Part shown: piece by piece, positions 8,473-17,187 of the stretch
How positions within the stretch are numbered: position 1 is the stretch's first letter
How the letters are laid out: each line of letters begins with the position of its first letter
Assembly: GCF_000374805.1 (NCBI RefSeq)
Contig: NZ_KB895335.1
Coordinates: 244,046 to 308,045 of the forward strand
DNA length: 64,000 bases
Direction: 5' to 3'
Source of the DNA: Chitiniphilus shinanonensis DSM 23277
Lineage (GTDB): Bacteria; Pseudomonadota; Gammaproteobacteria; Burkholderiales; Chitinibacteraceae
The notes under the pieces: model-generated
Told to the model about the DNA's origin: nothing
Databases searched by the model: none
Seen by the model: the letters and a program-made list of their open reading frames with translations, nothing else
Program-made: the position numbers and the translations under genes

Positions 8473-9309
8473 TCAATGCTTCGGCGCCTTGCCGTGCTGC
8501 CTGAGCAATGCGGCGGCCTCCCGCCGGTCGGCCTGTTCGGCCAGCATCAGCGCGGTCTTGCCGCGCTGGTTCTTGAGGCTTGGATCTGCGCCATCAGCCA
8601 ACAGCAGCTCGATCAGCGCAACGTCGCCCCGCAGTGCGGCGAGCATCAATGCGGTGGTGCCCTGCCGGCGGACCCGTGCATTCACCGGCGTTTTCATGGC
8701 CAGCAGTCGTTTCGCCAACGACTGCTTCGCCGGGCAGGTCGTGCCATCCGGGCATGAGGCCATTGCCAGCAGATGCAACGCGGTCATGCCACCATCCGTC
8801 ATGGCAACCGCGCTGGCGCCCAGATCGAGCAGGACATGCGCGTTGTCCCACCGGCTCGCGGCGATGGCGCTCATCAACGGCGTGCCACCGTCGCTGTCCC
8901 TGGGTTCGTCAGGGCGCGCGCCACGATCCAGCAGGTAGCGAACTTGGGCGGGCGTGCTGATGACCGTGGCGTAGCCAAGCCAACTCATGTCGATGAGACA
9001 GGCGTTCGGGCTGGCGCCCGCCTGCAGCATGCGGGCGATCCCTGCCGTGCCCGCGCTGGGCGCCAAGGCGTTGAGGAAGTGCACGGCGTATTCATCACCC
9101 GGCAGTGGCGGGATCGGCTTGTTCGTCGCTTGCGCACGCGCGGCTTGCTCGCTCCAGTTCAACAACTCGGTCACGTCGACCTCGGATGCGGGGCAGCGAT
9201 CGACCGCGGAAGATGGCGCGGCACCCGCGACCGTTGCTTGAAGCAGGATGCCGATGACCAGCGCCTGCGATACCGCCCGGCACACGGACCCGGAAACCCT
9301 CATCGCCAA
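8473..9309 (-). CDS. Secreted ankyrin-repeat protein (signal peptide plus at least 4 ANK repeats).
   Basis: N-terminal hydrophobic h-region ending AGAAP. Repeats of the form G.TPLM.A...LLL.GA; GTTALMLAALRGDVALIELLLADGADP. Confidence 0.75.
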   Translation of the reverse strand: MAMRVSGSVCRAVSQALVIGILLQATVAGAAPSSAVDRCPASEVDVTELLNWSEQAARAQATNKPIPPLPGDEYAVHFLNALAPSAGTAGIARMLQAGASPNACLIDMSWLGYATVISTPAQVRYLLDRGARPDEPRDSDGGTPLMSAIAASRWDNAHVLLDLGASAVAMTDGGMTALHLLAMASCPDGTTCPAKQSLAKRLLAMKTPVNARVRRQGTTALMLAALRGDVALIELLLADGADPSLKNQRGKTALMLAEQADRREAAALLRQHGKAPKH

Positions 9310-9371
9310 CTGAAAGCCCCTTTATCGGTTCCCGGTTGGCACGGCGGTGCGGCGACACCCGAATTTGCCGA

Positions 9372-10121
9372 TCACCGCTTGCCCAGCAACTGCGCGATGC
9401 TTTGGTTTCCCGCCGCGATGGCGAGATCGCGCGCAGTCTGGCCGCTGCTGTTTTTCTGCGAGACATCCGCACCACGGGCGAGCAGCACCTCGACCAGTTG
9501 TTGGTTGCCCAGCTCCGCAGCAATCATCAATGCGGTATCGCGGGTTCCGAATGCCGTCGCATTCACACGGTAGCCCCCATGCCGGATCAAGTAATCGGCG
9601 AACACGGCGGCGCCACGGAAGTCGTCATTGAGCGCGACCAGCGGCAGCAAAGTGGGGTTTTGAGCCGCATCGGGCAGACGGGCGCCGGCCTTGAGCAACT
9701 GGCAGGCAATGCCGAACTGGCCAGCGGCCAGCGCCCCCTGGAAAGGGGTTTGCCCGCTCCAGCCCGGCGCATCAACTTTGGCCCCGGCCTTGAGCAGCTC
9801 CTGAGCAGCCGGCCAGTTGCCTACCACCGCCGCCATCTCCAGCCACGTGTAACCCAAGGCACCTTGCTTTTGATCCAGCGCGCGCCGATTTTGCTGAAGC
9901 AGCATTCTCAACCGGGAGGTCGGTTCCCCGGCCACGATGGCATAACGAACCGCATCAGTGCGCGAACCCAACTTGAGCGGTGGCGAGTAGGGCTTGATTT
10001 CCACCCGCTCGCAAAAGGGCCGCAGCACAGGGGGCAACTCGCCCGCAGCGGAAATAGCCGGGCCACAAAGCTGCAAGGCAACAAAACAGAGCAGCGTCTT
10101 GAATGACGACATGGAGTCCAT
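9372..10121 (-). CDS. Secreted ankyrin-repeat protein, paralog of the preceding gene.
   Basis: Signal-peptide-like N-terminus (TLLCFVALQLCGPAISAAG). ANK repeats such as DTALMIAAELGNQQLVEVLLARGADV. Confidence 0.75.
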   Translation of the reverse strand: MDSMSSFKTLLCFVALQLCGPAISAAGELPPVLRPFCERVEIKPYSPPLKLGSRTDAVRYAIVAGEPTSRLRMLLQQNRRALDQKQGALGYTWLEMAAVVGNWPAAQELLKAGAKVDAPGWSGQTPFQGALAAGQFGIACQLLKAGARLPDAAQNPTLLPLVALNDDFRGAAVFADYLIRHGGYRVNATAFGTRDTALMIAAELGNQQLVEVLLARGADVSQKNSSGQTARDLAIAAGNQSIAQLLGKR

Positions 10122-10136
10122 TCCACAAAATCGAGG

Positions 10137-11036
10137 CTATTGCTGACCGGCGTTCTGCATGGCGCTCTGTAGCAACGCATTGGCCTCATCGTAACGGTGC
10201 TGCGTCATCAGCTGGATAAATGTCTTGGACTCGTACACATCAAAAATGCCCTTGTCCTCAAGCCGCTTGGCAATCTGCATCGCCCGCAGCGCGCTGATTC
10301 CACTGGCCTTTTCCGTATCCAGCAACCCAATCCCCAAGTCAACCAGCGGCCCCAAACCCCGCGTGACCACGCTGCCCTTGGCCGCCCGCAACGCAGCCTC
10401 GGCGGATTTCAGCTGAGAGGCCGCCTTGGCGCCCGCCGTCGCCTGGCGCGCGTCCTCGGCCTTCAGGTACTGGCCCAGCCGCGAGGTCGAATAGGTGGCC
10501 TCCTTGGTCGGCAAGGTGCCGGCCTTGCTGCCCAGCACGTCGGCGAACGGGCCCCAGCGGTCGCGCTTCATCGCGTCCTTCACCGAGGTTTCCAGCCATT
10601 TTTCCAGCGTGCCGGAGAACTTGCCGGTGAACAGCCCGGCTAAACCACCGGCCGCCGCTTCGAGGTTCTTCGAGCCGGCCTTCATGCCTATCATGCTTTC
10701 GCTGAGCAGGCGGAACTGCGGGTAGCGTTGCAGCAGCAGCCAGGTTTGCGGGTCCTGCCGCTTCAGTTCCGCCATCACCGCCGCCATATGCGTGGGACGG
10801 TTGCGCCGCAGGTATTCCAGGTAGTTCAGGTAGTCGTTCAGCTTGGGGATGCGCTTTTTCGCTTCGCCGATCAGCGTCTGCGCCTGCTGGTAGTCGGCCC
10901 GGGCATCCCGGTCCATGCCACGGCCGGGCTGCACGCTTTCCACCTTGCGGCCGCGCGGGTCGAGCGGCGGGCGATCCGAGTATTCGACGTTGCCGTAGGC
11001 ATCGGTGATTTTATAAAGCGAAGCCATTGCACTCAT
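10137..11036 (-). CDS. DUF4124-like domain protein with a long alpha-helical/charged C-terminal region (299 aa, no signal peptide).
   Basis: N-terminal YKITDAYGNVEYSDRPP matches the DUF4124 signature (Y..D..G...YSD.PP). The overlapping ORFs in other frames are R/G/A/P-rich artefacts. Confidence 0.6.
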   Translation of the reverse strand: MSAMASLYKITDAYGNVEYSDRPPLDPRGRKVESVQPGRGMDRDARADYQQAQTLIGEAKKRIPKLNDYLNYLEYLRRNRPTHMAAVMAELKRQDPQTWLLLQRYPQFRLLSESMIGMKAGSKNLEAAAGGLAGLFTGKFSGTLEKWLETSVKDAMKRDRWGPFADVLGSKAGTLPTKEATYSTSRLGQYLKAEDARQATAGAKAASQLKSAEAALRAAKGSVVTRGLGPLVDLGIGLLDTEKASGISALRAMQIAKRLEDKGIFDVYESKTFIQLMTQHRYDEANALLQSAMQNAGQQ

Positions 11037-11106
11037 CCCGTCAATTCGACAACGCCGACATCACGGCGGCGGCGGCGTCCCGGCTTATCCGCAAGGGCGA
11101 ATCGCC

Positions 11107-11526
11107 CTAGGCGCCCCAATTGGCCTGCCTGAGCGACTTCAGTATCGCCACGGCGGGATCGCTCGCGCTGCCCGCCCCCATCGGCGGCGACATTCCGCCC
11201 AGGTCGGCGCCGGGTTCGAGCACGCGGCGGTGGATCAGCTGGCCGCGCTCGAAGCACAGCAGTTCGGGCAGGTCTTCGGGCAGGTAGTCGCCGATGAATT
11301 CGGCATGCTCTTCCAGATCCAGCCACAGCCAGAGGTGCAGCGGATGGCTTTGCTGTTCGGTCGCCGCCGTGGCAAGCAGGGCCGGGTAGAGGGTGCGGCA
11401 TTTCTCGCACCACGCCTGCGCGCCCAACACCACGCAGGCGCGGGTGTCGGCCTGGTTCAGGCGGTCCGCGATGCGGCGGGCATCGGTCCATGGGTCCAGC
11501 AAGGCGATGTCGGACGAGGGGGTCAT
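11107..11526 (-). CDS. Small thioredoxin-fold-like protein with a CxxC motif (139 aa). It is the last gene of the vgrG operon.
   Basis: Real start MTPSSDIALL sits inside ORF 11107..12405, whose N-terminal 290 aa are Arg/Ala-rich junk. CEKC motif. ATGA overlap with the upstream gene at 11523..11526. Confidence 0.55.
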   Translation of the reverse strand: MTPSSDIALLDPWTDARRIADRLNQADTRACVVLGAQAWCEKCRTLYPALLATAATEQQSHPLHLWLWLDLEEHAEFIGDYLPEDLPELLCFERGQLIHRRVLEPGADLGGMSPPMGAGSASDPAVAILKSLRQANWGA

Positions 11527-13049
11527 CGATGCTCCGATACAGGCTGCGGCGCGGCGTGGGTGTCGGCGAACACGGGGCCCTTGACGCGCGTGGCGGCGAC
11601 CGGGGCCAGCAGCATCAGCCCGTGGGCGGCGACGGCGCGCACCGCGTGGGGATGATCGCCGTCGACCACGTTGCGCAGCCATTCCCGGCTGGCGGGGCGG
11701 CCGAGCAGGTGCCGTTCGGTGTTGGCGACATTCGGCACCGGATACGCGACGATCCGCGCCACGTCCGGCTGGGGCAGGCCGTTGTCCGCGTCGCGCTGCG
11801 CGTCCTGGAGCGCGAACGGATCGCCCGGAGCGCCGGCCGCCGGAGCGCCGGCCGCCGGATCGCCCGCCGCCACATCGTCCGCGATGGTCTCCACGACCGC
11901 CTCGTCCGACTCGATCACCAGGCCGTGCGCTTCCAGGTCGATGCCGGTCAAGGTCTGCCAGACCCAGCCGGCGTGGCGAGCCAGCAATGGGTCCTGCATC
12001 CAGGCGACGATGCGCGGCAACTGCGCCAGATCGCCGTGATGCAGCAGGAAGGTCAGCGCCAGGCGCGGCGGCAGCTCGCGCAGGATCGCCGCGGCGTCGG
12101 GGCTGCCCGGCGGCGTCAGCCACGCCAGGCAGGCCAGCCAGCGCAGCAGCCGGCGCAGCACCCACTGCCGCGTCGCGCCGCTGCTTCGTTGCAGTTCGGC
12201 CAGTTGGGGCGGCAACACCTCGCGCAGGATGCGCCGGGCATCGAGCAGGTTGGCGTGGGCAGGGGCGCGCGCATACAGGCGCGCCAGCCCGAGCGCGGCC
12301 TCGGCGCGCACCGGCGCCTCGCTGTCTTCCAGCAACCGCCGCAGCAAGGCCGGCGGCGAGTGGTCGACCGTCGGCTGCAAACCATCCACCCATTTGGATT
12401 CCCACGCGGCGACAAGCTCGCTCAGCGGGCCGGTGGCCTGTTCATGGGGCAGCGCGTCGCCCCAGGCGCGAATCGCCATCGCGGCCAGCGCGCGGCAGGC
12501 CGCGGCGCGCACCCACGGCGACGGCTGCGCGCCGGGATCGTCGAGCAACGGGGCCAGGCCGGGGAACGGGTCGAAGCCGCCCGGCGTGGCGCCGATCAAC
12601 GCGGCGGCGCGCAAGGCGGCCACCTGCCCGATCTCGCCGCGTTGCGCCAGATACGCCAGCGCTTCGGGCCGGGCCGCTGCCGGCAGCCAGGCCACGGCGC
12701 TGATCAGGCCGCGCATCAGCGATTCCGGGGCGGCGGATACCCGGCCCAGCAGCGCTTCGATGGCCGCTGGGTCGCGGTGGCGCCACTGCAAACCCAGCCA
12801 GGCGGCGACGAAGGCTTCGCCCGGCTGGCCCCAGCGTTCCAGCGCCTTCAGCGCGGGCGCGACGCCGTGCTCCTCGGCGACCAGCAGCCCTTCCAGATGC
12901 GCATCGAGCAGGCGGTTGAAGTGCGCGTGCCGCTCCGGGTAGAGGTTGAACGCCCGCGCCGCGCCGTCCAGTTGCGCCCAGTAGAACGCGGCATCCTCGG
13001 CGTGGCGGATCAGCAGCGGTTCGATATGGGCGGAGATCGCGGCCTGCAT
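11523..13049 (-). CDS. HEAT/ARM-like repeat protein of the T6SS-associated TIGR02270 family (PA0101-like).
   Basis: Position downstream of the effector/immunity pair, as in the P. aeruginosa vgrG1b island. Leucine/alanine-rich helical repeat composition. Confidence 0.6.
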   Translation of the reverse strand: MQAAISAHIEPLLIRHAEDAAFYWAQLDGAARAFNLYPERHAHFNRLLDAHLEGLLVAEEHGVAPALKALERWGQPGEAFVAAWLGLQWRHRDPAAIEALLGRVSAAPESLMRGLISAVAWLPAAARPEALAYLAQRGEIGQVAALRAAALIGATPGGFDPFPGLAPLLDDPGAQPSPWVRAAACRALAAMAIRAWGDALPHEQATGPLSELVAAWESKWVDGLQPTVDHSPPALLRRLLEDSEAPVRAEAALGLARLYARAPAHANLLDARRILREVLPPQLAELQRSSGATRQWVLRRLLRWLACLAWLTPPGSPDAAAILRELPPRLALTFLLHHGDLAQLPRIVAWMQDPLLARHAGWVWQTLTGIDLEAHGLVIESDEAVVETIADDVAAGDPAAGAPAAGAPGDPFALQDAQRDADNGLPQPDVARIVAYPVPNVANTERHLLGRPASREWLRNVVDGDHPHAVRAVAAHGLMLLAPVAATRVKGPVFADTHAAPQPVSEHR

Positions 13050-13092
13050 CAGCGGCCGCCCGCATCGTGGCGCGACGGAAGCATCGGCCGGC

Positions 13093-14442
13093 TCATGTCA
13101 GCGACACGTTCATCGCCTGCGCGATGGCGCGCGCGGTCATGCCGGTCTCGGGGTCGGCGGCGTCCGGGTTCGCGCCCAGTTCGATCAATCGCCGCGCCAC
13201 CGCGTCGTAGCCGTCCCACGCGCCCTGGGCGCTGATCGCGTTGACCAGCAGCAGCCAGCTGTGCGCTTGCAGCGCGGCCAGATCCAGCGCTTCGGGCTGG
13301 CCCAGCGCCGCCAGGGCGGCGTCGGGACCATCGTTGCCGATCACGTCCAGCAGCGCCTGCATACCGTCGTGGTCGGTCAGCCGATCCTGGCCGCGCCCCA
13401 ATTGCTGCCGCGCCGCGGCACGCGGCGATTGCTCGGCGAAGGCGAACGCGGAGAACAGCAACGTCCAGGTCTTGCCGTCGTAGATCGCCGCGCCGTGGGG
13501 GCTGGCGGTCAGCATCACCTTGCCGTCGGGGCTGACGTCGATCACCCCGCTGGCGTTGCGGATCGCCGCCGGCTGGTCGGGCGGCTCGATCAGCTTGCCG
13601 TCCTGCAACACCCACAAGCCGTGGTCCGAGCCGCACCACAGCCGGCCGGCGAACCACGCGGTGTCCTTGAACTGCAGGCTGAAGTGGCCTTCCAGCAAGC
13701 GCTTCCAGCGATCGTCGCGCCCCACCCACAGCGAACCGCCGTTGCCACTGATGTAGACGTTGCCATCGCCGGCGCAGCACACGGTGTAGAGCAATTCGTT
13801 GGACGGAAAATCGATCTGCCGCCACGCCTTGCCGTCGAAGTGCCAGACATCGCCGGCGCCGCCGACGGCGTAGAGGTCGTCCTCGGCAAACCCGGCGATA
13901 TCCTCGAAGCCGGTTTCCAGCACGCCTTTACCTTCCTTGGCCAGCCGCTCGGGGACGGGCGGCGACACGGGGAACGGTCGCCAGTCGTCGGCACCGGCCC
14001 GGATGCGCAACTGCCGCGCCGTGCCGGCCACCGTCAACCGTCCGGCGATCCGGGTCACCTTGGTCGGCGACCACCAGTATTCGGAATCGGGAATCTGGGG
14101 CGGGATGTCCTGCTCCACATTCGCCGTGGGCGCGTCATACCAGAAAACATGCCTGCCCATGTCCACCGCGACGAACTCCGACTTGCCATTCGCCTCGGCA
14201 TACGCCACCCGGGTGAAGTCGAAATAATCCGCCTCCTGGAAATAGAAACGCCGCTCCATCGGGCGCTCCATCCGTGCAAACAGAAAGCGCGTACGCGGCA
14301 ACGGATCGCGATGCGGGGAATCGGTGGCTTCGACCAGGATGAAGCAGTAGCGCGTGTTGTCGTAGCCGACCGCGCAGTCATAAACGGTAAAGCCTTTGAA
14401 AAAACGCTCGTACCGCTCTTTGTCGCAAATCATTTCCATCAC
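13093..14442 (-). CDS. Putative cognate immunity protein for the Tox-GHH2 effector (Tsi7-like position), with a C-terminal ankyrin-like segment.
   Basis: Starts 19 bp downstream of the effector stop. No signal peptide, so cytoplasmic. C-terminal GMTARAIAQA/ELGANPDA ANK-like repeats. Confidence 0.55.
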   Translation of the reverse strand: MMEMICDKERYERFFKGFTVYDCAVGYDNTRYCFILVEATDSPHRDPLPRTRFLFARMERPMERRFYFQEADYFDFTRVAYAEANGKSEFVAVDMGRHVFWYDAPTANVEQDIPPQIPDSEYWWSPTKVTRIAGRLTVAGTARQLRIRAGADDWRPFPVSPPVPERLAKEGKGVLETGFEDIAGFAEDDLYAVGGAGDVWHFDGKAWRQIDFPSNELLYTVCCAGDGNVYISGNGGSLWVGRDDRWKRLLEGHFSLQFKDTAWFAGRLWCGSDHGLWVLQDGKLIEPPDQPAAIRNASGVIDVSPDGKVMLTASPHGAAIYDGKTWTLLFSAFAFAEQSPRAAARQQLGRGQDRLTDHDGMQALLDVIGNDGPDAALAALGQPEALDLAALQAHSWLLLVNAISAQGAWDGYDAVARRLIELGANPDAADPETGMTARAIAQAMNVSLT

Positions 14443-14461
14443 GTTGTCCTTGAACCCGCTC

Positions 14462-16087
14462 TTAGGCGTCGCCGCCGCTCGTCAATACGCTACCGCCGCC
14501 CGCCATCCCCGAATGCGGACGCACCTTGGCTTTGTCCAGCCCGCCGCACTTGTGCGCATCCTTGTAGTACTCGTCCAGCTGCGCCTTGATGCATTTTTTG
14601 TCGCAGCCAAAGGTCAGGCTCACCATATTGGCCATTTCGTCGCGCGCCGTTTCGTAGTCCATGGTCGGCTTGGCCATGTGCATTCCCATCACCTTCTTGG
14701 TCGCGGCATGCGCCGCGCCGTGCGTACCGTGGCTGTTGGTGGTGCCTTCCAGGCAGATGGTGGGCGCGCCGGCTTCGGAGTATCCCTCCCAGCACTTGTC
14801 CTTGGGCAGCTTGTCGCGCGGCATGTCGCTGAGCTTGAGCGCCGATTTGTCCTTCTTGCCGGTGTAGCTGTTCTTCCAGCTGTCGAACGCCTGCTGTTTC
14901 GCCGCCGGGTCGGCGTCGCGGAACATCGAGTCGGGCAGCAGGTGGTGCCCGGTCTGCCCCGGGCAGCAGCCCTGCCCCGCCCAGTTGGCGGTGTTGGTGC
15001 CGGACTTGCTGTAGGGCACCAGCGTGCACTTGCGCGCGCGCAGGCAGGGGTCGGCCGCGGCCAGCGCGGCCTGCACGTCGCTCATCAGCGCCTGGGCCTG
15101 GTCGCTGTTGATGTCGGTGAGCTTCTTGATGTCGTACTTCTTGAAGGCGTCCTGCACCTTGCCGGCGGCATCCTTCAGCCGCTGCACCGTGTCCTTGATC
15201 TCGGCGACCTGGGTCTTGAATTCATCGTACATCTGGTAGGCCTGGACGCCGGTATACACCGCGTCGGCCACGGCGATCACCTGGCCGATGATGGGAATCC
15301 AGCCGGTCAGGCCGCGGCGCGCGGCGAAGGCGGCGGCCTTCTTGGCGGCGAACTCGGCGGCCTCTTTCTCCAGCTTCTCGATGACCTTCTGCTTGGCGAT
15401 GTCCTCGATCTGGCCCCACGCCTTGGCCGGGAAATCATCGACGTCGTCCACCCAATCCTGGAACTCCTTGACGCTGGAAGGCTTGATGAACAGCCCATCG
15501 CAGTGGTTCAACACCCACGAGCCGGAGTTCTTGTCGGATTTGGTGGCCGGCAGGGTCTTGCTCTTCTTGCGTTTCTTGCGCTTTTCCTCGTCGTCCGCGC
15601 ACTTCTTTTCCAGCTTCTCCTTGTCTTCCTTGCACGCTTTCTTGGTGGAGGCGTCGTCCATGTAATACGTGGGCGGCGTGTTGCTGGGCTGCGAGCCGTG
15701 GTTGTGGGTGGTCAGGTCGGTGTGGCGCGCCACGCCCAGCCCTTCGAAAATCACATCCAGCGACCACTTGGTGAAATACGCCTTGCCCTTGATCACCCGC
15801 GTCTTCACGCCTTTCTGGAACGCCTGGGTGGCCGCCTCGTTGCCGGTGCTGGTGGCGAAGTAGGAGCGATCCTCGATCGCCACTTCCTTCCTGGCGATCA
15901 GCACACTGGTGGTGCCCTTGGTGATGTCCTTGGCGTAGGCGGTGTTGGGATAGGGAATCACGATCGGACCGGCGCTGGGCGCGGGCGGGCTCCAGCACGG
16001 ATCGGGAAAGGCGGCGATCGATTTGCCGTCGGTCTTGGCCGCCTTGCAAGCGATTTCCAGATCGTTGGCATAGACGTTGGTCTTCAT
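14462..16087 (-). CDS. T6SS effector: PAAR-like DUF4150 N-terminal domain, highly charged linker and C-terminal Tox-GHH2 (HNH/EndoVII-fold) nuclease domain (Tse7-like).
   Basis: MKTNVYANDLEIACKAAKTDGKSIAAFPDPCWSPPAPSAGPIVIPYPNTAYAKD is a classic DUF4150. C-terminal GQTGHHLLPDSMF...NSHGTHGAAH carries the GHH signature. Real start (16087) lies inside ORF 14462..16201 and forms an ATGA overlap with the upstream gene. Confidence 0.8.
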   Translation of the reverse strand: MKTNVYANDLEIACKAAKTDGKSIAAFPDPCWSPPAPSAGPIVIPYPNTAYAKDITKGTTSVLIARKEVAIEDRSYFATSTGNEAATQAFQKGVKTRVIKGKAYFTKWSLDVIFEGLGVARHTDLTTHNHGSQPSNTPPTYYMDDASTKKACKEDKEKLEKKCADDEEKRKKRKKSKTLPATKSDKNSGSWVLNHCDGLFIKPSSVKEFQDWVDDVDDFPAKAWGQIEDIAKQKVIEKLEKEAAEFAAKKAAAFAARRGLTGWIPIIGQVIAVADAVYTGVQAYQMYDEFKTQVAEIKDTVQRLKDAAGKVQDAFKKYDIKKLTDINSDQAQALMSDVQAALAAADPCLRARKCTLVPYSKSGTNTANWAGQGCCPGQTGHHLLPDSMFRDADPAAKQQAFDSWKNSYTGKKDKSALKLSDMPRDKLPKDKCWEGYSEAGAPTICLEGTTNSHGTHGAAHAATKKVMGMHMAKPTMDYETARDEMANMVSLTFGCDKKCIKAQLDEYYKDAHKCGGLDKAKVRPHSGMAGGGSVLTSGGDA

Positions 16088-17187
16088 GAGGCTTCCCGGT
16101 AGCGGACGATCAGCGCGCTGCGCAGCCCGTCGTCGTTGGCCAGATGCAGCAGGCCCCGCTCGCCGGGCCCGGCGCGACGGGTCATGGCGTCGGCCAGCCA
16201 CGCCAGCGTCAGCACGCCGTTGGCCGCGCCGATCTCGCCGACGCTGCGCGCCAGCAGTTCGTGCGGAAATTGTTCGATGCGGTGTTCCAGTGCGCGCCCG
16301 ATCGCCAGCGAGGCTTCCTTGAAATACGCGCTTTCGCCGGTCATGCCGCTGATCTGGAACGCCTGGTCCGCCACCTTGCAGCCGGCCTGGGCGGCCGCAT
16401 CGCGCATCGCCTGCACCAGCGCCTTGGCGCGGTTGGGCTTATCGCTGCCCCAGTGCGCTTCCTCCACCGCCTCGCCCACGCCCTCGATCCACACCCCGCG
16501 GCCATGCGGGTCGGGCCGGCGGGTCAGCACGATGGCGGCCGCGCCCTCGCCGGGGATGAAGCCGTCGCTGTTCTCGCTGGTCTTGATGCGCTCTTGCGCC
16601 AGGTAGTGGTTGATCACCGGCGCGGACAAAAAGCTGTCGACGGCGACCACGATGCCGAAGGCGCTGTCGGACCGCGCCTGCTGCAAATGCTGGCTGACCC
16701 GGCGCAGCGCGGCGGCCAGGCCCGCCTTGCCCAGTGGCAGTACCGTGGATTCGGCGTGGCAGCGCAGGTCCAGCGCGGCCTGTGCGTCGTCCAGCGCCTG
16801 CGGCAGCCAGTGGGCGCCGGCACCGGGTCGCCCGGCCTCGGGCGCCAGCACCACGACCAGCGGCGCCGCGTCGGCCGGCAGCGGCTGCCACGGCGTCAGG
16901 CATTCGGCCAGCACCCGTTGCAGCATGTCGCGCCAGCGCGCGGCGCCCCAGACTTCCACCTGGTGCAGCGCCGCGCCGACGATGGGTTCGTGGCCTTCGG
17001 CCAGGAAATCCGTCTCGCGGAAGTGGTTCATCCGGGCGTTGATCGCCGCCGTCGCCGCCGGCGCGGTATGCCCCACCGCGCAGCAGATGCCGCGCCCGGC
17101 GATGCGCAGCGGCTTGAACGCGGCCGACGCTTCGGGCGCGGCCTCGGGCTGCTGCATCCGGCTCAGGGTTTTCCAGAAACCGTTCAT
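16084..17187 (-). CDS. Thiolase / beta-ketoacyl-synthase-like protein (PA0098-like T6SS accessory).
   Basis: Real start MNGFWKTL at 17187 inside ORF 16084..18027, whose first 280 aa are Arg/Ala-rich out-of-frame junk. ATGA overlaps at both ends. KAS-like C-terminus GEIGAANGVLTLAWL. Confidence 0.7.
   Translation of the reverse strand: MNGFWKTLSRMQQPEAAPEASAAFKPLRIAGRGICCAVGHTAPAATAAINARMNHFRETDFLAEGHEPIVGAALHQVEVWGAARWRDMLQRVLAECLTPWQPLPADAAPLVVVLAPEAGRPGAGAHWLPQALDDAQAALDLRCHAESTVLPLGKAGLAAALRRVSQHLQQARSDSAFGIVVAVDSFLSAPVINHYLAQERIKTSENSDGFIPGEGAAAIVLTRRPDPHGRGVWIEGVGEAVEEAHWGSDKPNRAKALVQAMRDAAAQAGCKVADQAFQISGMTGESAYFKEASLAIGRALEHRIEQFPHELLARSVGEIGAANGVLTLAWLADAMTRRAGPGERGLLHLANDDGLRSALIVRYREAS

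Noticed and set aside
8414-9573. Cluster of overlapping ORFs around the ankyrin genes (for example 8773..9573 on the plus strand, 9095..9523 on the minus strand)
   Set aside because: Only the two minus-strand frames with ANK repeats and signal peptides have protein-like composition; the others are artefacts.
11490-13235. 581-aa plus-strand ORF, plus other long ORFs at 12229..12942, 12442..13065, 13261..14589, 14396..16102, 15435..16049, 17280..19001, 19060..21348, 19586..20776, 24442..25239, 25127..26794, 27279..29963, 28240..29544, 29729..30955, 33116..34630, 33154..34899, 36131..37660, 37729..39366, 37839..39431, 40236..43556, 40315..43308, 44219..45697, 45436..47139, 45506..47371, 48345..49865, 49846..52419, 55058..56452, 56427..57623 and 57633..58862
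   Set aside because: They are antisense or alternate-frame ORFs overlapping the confidently assigned genes. Their translations are dominated by R, G, A, P and lack recognisable motifs. They are expected artefacts of high GC and low stop-codon frequency.
16075-16090. Apparent 1-nt discrepancy when hand-aligning the printed sequence to the ORF-track frames at the thiolase/effector junction
   Set aside because: This is most likely my own counting slip in one 10-mer block. The ORF-track coordinates were internally consistent everywhere else, for example the ATGA overlap at 17184-17187, so they were used as authoritative.
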